A stretch of DNA of 64,000 nt from contig CAYRHT010000001.1 of the NCBI GenBank assembly GCA_964424195.1, positions 207,542-271,541 of the forward strand, read 5' to 3'. A program made the position numbers and the translations under genes. Shown one piece after another: positions 61,381 through 64,000 of the stretch (position 1 is the stretch's first letter; every line of letters begins with the position of its first letter). Under the pieces are notes generated by a model. That model did not search any database and was not told where the DNA came from. It saw only the letters and a program-made list of their open reading frames with translations. Origin of the DNA: an uncultured Gammaproteobacteria bacterium. GTDB lineage: Bacteria > Patescibacteriota > Patescibacteriia > UBA1558 > S5-K13.

Positions 61381-62520
61381 GTGAGTGCAGCATGGGAAAG
61401 ACCGGTGGAGGACAAAACATTAGAATTTATTAGACACGCAGATAAAGTCTCAAGTAAATTAACACCAGAGGATGTTTCTGAAGATGAAATTGAAAAAATG
61501 AGGGCTAAAGTTAAAGCTACTAATCCTGATATTGATGATTCTGATGAAGAATCGCTTCGCAATTTAGTTTTATTAGAAAAAGATTCTGCGGTTTTCGGAC
61601 CAGAAATTGATGGAAAAAAAGAGAAATCTTCTATTACTTTTGCTGGTATTTTGAGAACTCAACAAGAGGCTAAAGAATTTGCAAAAAAAATGGAGCATTC
61701 TGATGAGGAAGCGGTTATTATTATAGGTCCTGGAAGTCCTAAGGATCGTTGTCAGGAGACAGAATGGATTTATGAACAAGAGCTTAAAAAAGCTCATGGT
61801 GTAGCTTCTGATGGCGTCTATAATGCACATAGTGAAGAAAATGGAATACCATCTCAGAAAGAGTTAGATGAAGGAGATTATGCTAGGGTTGCTTTTGTGA
61901 ATAACAAAAATATTGAAGGAATTGAAGCTGAGAAGGTTGGACCATGGGGACCAGAGTATCTTAGTCAAATGAAAGATTTAGTTAATGAATCGGTGGAAGA
62001 CAAAGAAACTCCTGCTATAAAAGTTTGGGTAGCCTTAAAGAATGAAGTTGATACTTTAAGAAAAGAATTTGTAGATCAAGGAATAATTGATGAAGATAAG
62101 TTAACAGAGATAGATCCAGCATTATTTAAAACCAAAGAGAATACTCCGGAAATGGTTGCTAGGGATGTTATTAAGTACTTTAAACAAGTTTTAGAAACAT
62201 GTTTAGAAAAATACCCTGATAGAGAAGTTCATTTTATTAGTGCTAGTCATAATATGATTTTAGATGTTGCTTCTTTAAGACTTTTGGGCCATAAAATAAG
62301 TAGAGAGAATTTAAAAGAATTAAAACTTCCTAATAATAAAGATTACGAAGCTAGTTTCCCCCTAGAGAGCAGGAGTATAAAATTTATCAAGGGTACACTG
62401 CTTTTTCATTTTAGGGGAAAGGAAAAGAAATTTACTACTAGAGATTTGGAAAAGTTAACTAAAGATGGTGGTACTCTAGATCAAGAGGCAGAAGAAAGAT
62501 TGAAAGAGTGGCAATCTTAA
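61381..62520 (+). CDS. Hypothetical protein, possibly histidine-phosphatase-like (GTG start)
   Basis: 379 aa from GTG; LEFIRHADKV (RHA) near the N-terminus and ISASHNMIL near the C-terminus fit an RHG...SHG phosphatase arrangement only loosely; start codon uncertain. Confidence 0.4.
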   Translation: MSAAWERPVEDKTLEFIRHADKVSSKLTPEDVSEDEIEKMRAKVKATNPDIDDSDEESLRNLVLLEKDSAVFGPEIDGKKEKSSITFAGILRTQQEAKEFAKKMEHSDEEAVIIIGPGSPKDRCQETEWIYEQELKKAHGVASDGVYNAHSEENGIPSQKELDEGDYARVAFVNNKNIEGIEAEKVGPWGPEYLSQMKDLVNESVEDKETPAIKVWVALKNEVDTLRKEFVDQGIIDEDKLTEIDPALFKTKENTPEMVARDVIKYFKQVLETCLEKYPDREVHFISASHNMILDVASLRLLGHKISRENLKELKLPNNKDYEASFPLESRSIKFIKGTLLFHFRGKEKKFTTRDLEKLTKDGGTLDQEAEERLKEWQS

Positions 62521-62545
62521 AACAAGAGAGTTTGATCAAAAAATT

Positions 62546-63979
62546 GTGTGGATTAAATATATCACAAGACGTTTAGCGGTTCAAGTTACTCAGCAATGGA
62601 ACTTTGGATGGGGAACTGCTATGGAAAAAGTTTATGGAGTATCTGTAAGAAATACTCTGGTTTTTCGTGATCAAAAAAAGACAGAATATTATGTGGATCA
62701 AAAAGAACATAATAAATATGTATTGGACTTATATAATCTTTTAGATAATAAGGTTTTTGTTAAAAATTTTCATAAGGACGCTCAGAAAAAGATAGAGGAA
62801 ATTTTTAAAAAGATAATAAATAAATTAGATATGGATCTGTCTAATTTGTCGAATGAAGAATTGATAAAACTTTATCAGAATTTTATTTTACCCAATACAG
62901 AAGAATTTTATGTTCGAATGTGGACTGTTTTTAATATTGGAAAACCACTCTCCATAGTGATTGAAAGAGAATTAAAGAAATATGTAAAAAATTCTAATAA
63001 GTTAATTAAATATTTATTAATTTTATCTTCTCCTGCAGAGCCCAACGATGTTTTAAATGAAAGAATAGATTTATTGAAATTGAAGATTTTAGAAAGTAAA
63101 ATTGATCAAGAAAATTTTTTACAGAAATTGAAGTTACATACGGAAAATTATAAACATATACCAATGTTTGACTTTGATCATAATCCTTATACCATATCTC
63201 ACTTTAGGAAAGAAATAAATCTTATTAAAAATCCAGAGAAGGAGATTAGAAAAATAAGAAAAGCGTTTGAAAAAAGAAAAAGTGATTTAAATAGAATTTT
63301 TAAGGAAATTAAACCAAGTCACAAGTTGAAAAATTTAATAGAGTTTTTAAAGGAAAATGTTTTTTTAAGAGATTATAGAGATATGGTTAGACAGAAATTG
63401 AATTTGCAATTAAGAAAATTTTATCAAGAAGTGGGTCAAAGATTAGACTTAAATGTTAAACAAGTTGCTGTTTTGACTAATGAAGAGATTGTTGAATATT
63501 TGAATAAAAATAAAAAATTTCCTAAGAAAGAAATAAAACAAAGGGAAAGGAATTATCTATTAATTCAAAAAGATAAGAAATATTGGGTTTATTCAGGAAA
63601 AAATGCTCTAGTTAAATTTAGGAAAGAGTTAAAAGAAGTAATAGAGAATAAAAAAATTTTAGAATTACATGGTATTATTGCATCTAAAGGTGTTGCTAAA
63701 GGTATTGTTAAAGTAGTTTATACTAATAAAGATCTTTATAAAATAAATAAGGGAGATATTTTAGTCGCTTGTATGACTAGACAAGATTTTGTACCAGCAA
63801 TGAGAAAATGTTCAGCTATTGTTATCGATGAAGGAAGTATTACTTGTCATGCAGCTATTATTGCTCGAGAATTAAGTGTTCCTTGTCTAGTGGCTATCAA
63901 ACAAGCTACTAGAGTTTTAAAAGATGGAGACTTAGTGGAAGTAGATGCAAATAAAGGGGCAGTTAAGAAAATTAAATAA
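62546..63979 (+). CDS. PEP-utilising-enzyme family protein (paralog 3)
   Basis: 477 aa (GTG start at 62546, alternative ATG at 62621); C-terminal GIIASKGVAKGIVKVV...GDILVACMTRQDFVPAMRKCSAIVIDEGSITCHAAIIARELSVPCLVA, the swivelling His domain. Confidence 0.6.
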   Translation: MWIKYITRRLAVQVTQQWNFGWGTAMEKVYGVSVRNTLVFRDQKKTEYYVDQKEHNKYVLDLYNLLDNKVFVKNFHKDAQKKIEEIFKKIINKLDMDLSNLSNEELIKLYQNFILPNTEEFYVRMWTVFNIGKPLSIVIERELKKYVKNSNKLIKYLLILSSPAEPNDVLNERIDLLKLKILESKIDQENFLQKLKLHTENYKHIPMFDFDHNPYTISHFRKEINLIKNPEKEIRKIRKAFEKRKSDLNRIFKEIKPSHKLKNLIEFLKENVFLRDYRDMVRQKLNLQLRKFYQEVGQRLDLNVKQVAVLTNEEIVEYLNKNKKFPKKEIKQRERNYLLIQKDKKYWVYSGKNALVKFRKELKEVIENKKILELHGIIASKGVAKGIVKVVYTNKDLYKINKGDILVACMTRQDFVPAMRKCSAIVIDEGSITCHAAIIARELSVPCLVAIKQATRVLKDGDLVEVDANKGAVKKIK

Positions 63980-64000
63980 ATAAGTCTATATCATTTAATC

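Overview
This is an AT-rich (about 30% GC) bacterial chromosomal window dominated by housekeeping operons. The gene content and style suggest a small-genome Patescibacteria/CPR-like lineage, but that is inference.

Housekeeping content, in order:
- A complete F-type ATP synthase operon on the minus strand (atpI-like, B, E, F, H, A, G, and a partial atpD).
- A UvrD/PcrA-type helicase with a C-terminal Cas4/AddB-like Fe-S nuclease, interrupted by a 365-aa intein in helicase motif III.
- A DUF721 gene, rarA, pheS-pheT, a ClpB first-AAA-domain-only membrane protein, a giant papain-like protease with FG-GAP repeats, and gyrB.
- A CIRCE element in front of groES-groEL, then pyk, tRNA-Ser(GGA), ctpA, a NUDIX hydrolase, an AlkD-like gene, a patatin, an APH-like kinase, dnaG and rpoD (with a lysine-rich H1-like N-terminal tail).
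- tRNA-Asn(GUU), which is the insertion point of the island described below.
- Downstream core genes: an NDT-like gene, PadR, a beta-propeller protein, secE-nusG-rplK, a membrane protein with a pilin-like C-terminus, rplA.
- A paralogous cluster of split PEP-utilising (swivelling His domain) proteins with a separate PPDK_N ATP-grasp protein and two histidine-phosphatase-like genes.

The standout feature is a composite island of about 11.75 kb (38696-50444) inserted exactly at the 3-prime end of tRNA-Asn. It sits between the tRNA and what looks like the tRNA's own terminator, and is flanked by a 6-bp direct repeat AAGCCA.
- Module 1 is a large serine recombinase gene flanked by perfect 110-bp inverted repeats.
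- Module 2 is a five-gene plus-strand defense-like operon:
  - an XRE-family HTH regulator;
  - a PLD-nuclease fused to an SNF2 helicase;
  - a PglX/Eco57I-like N6-adenine methyltransferase;
  - an HNH nuclease with a C-terminal domain, possibly SAVED-like;
  - a CD-NTase-like nucleotidyltransferase.
- Module 2 is flanked by about 300-bp GC-rich imperfect inverted repeats that carry a compensatory hairpin and a 35-bp indel.
- A third, inverted copy of the AAGCCA core sits at the junction of the two modules.
- This architecture is compatible with recombinase-driven excision and/or inversion (phase variation) of a hybrid DISARM-like/CBASS-like defense cassette.

No CRISPR arrays and no rRNA genes were seen. 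Many opposite-strand ORFs in the supplied track are shadow ORFs.
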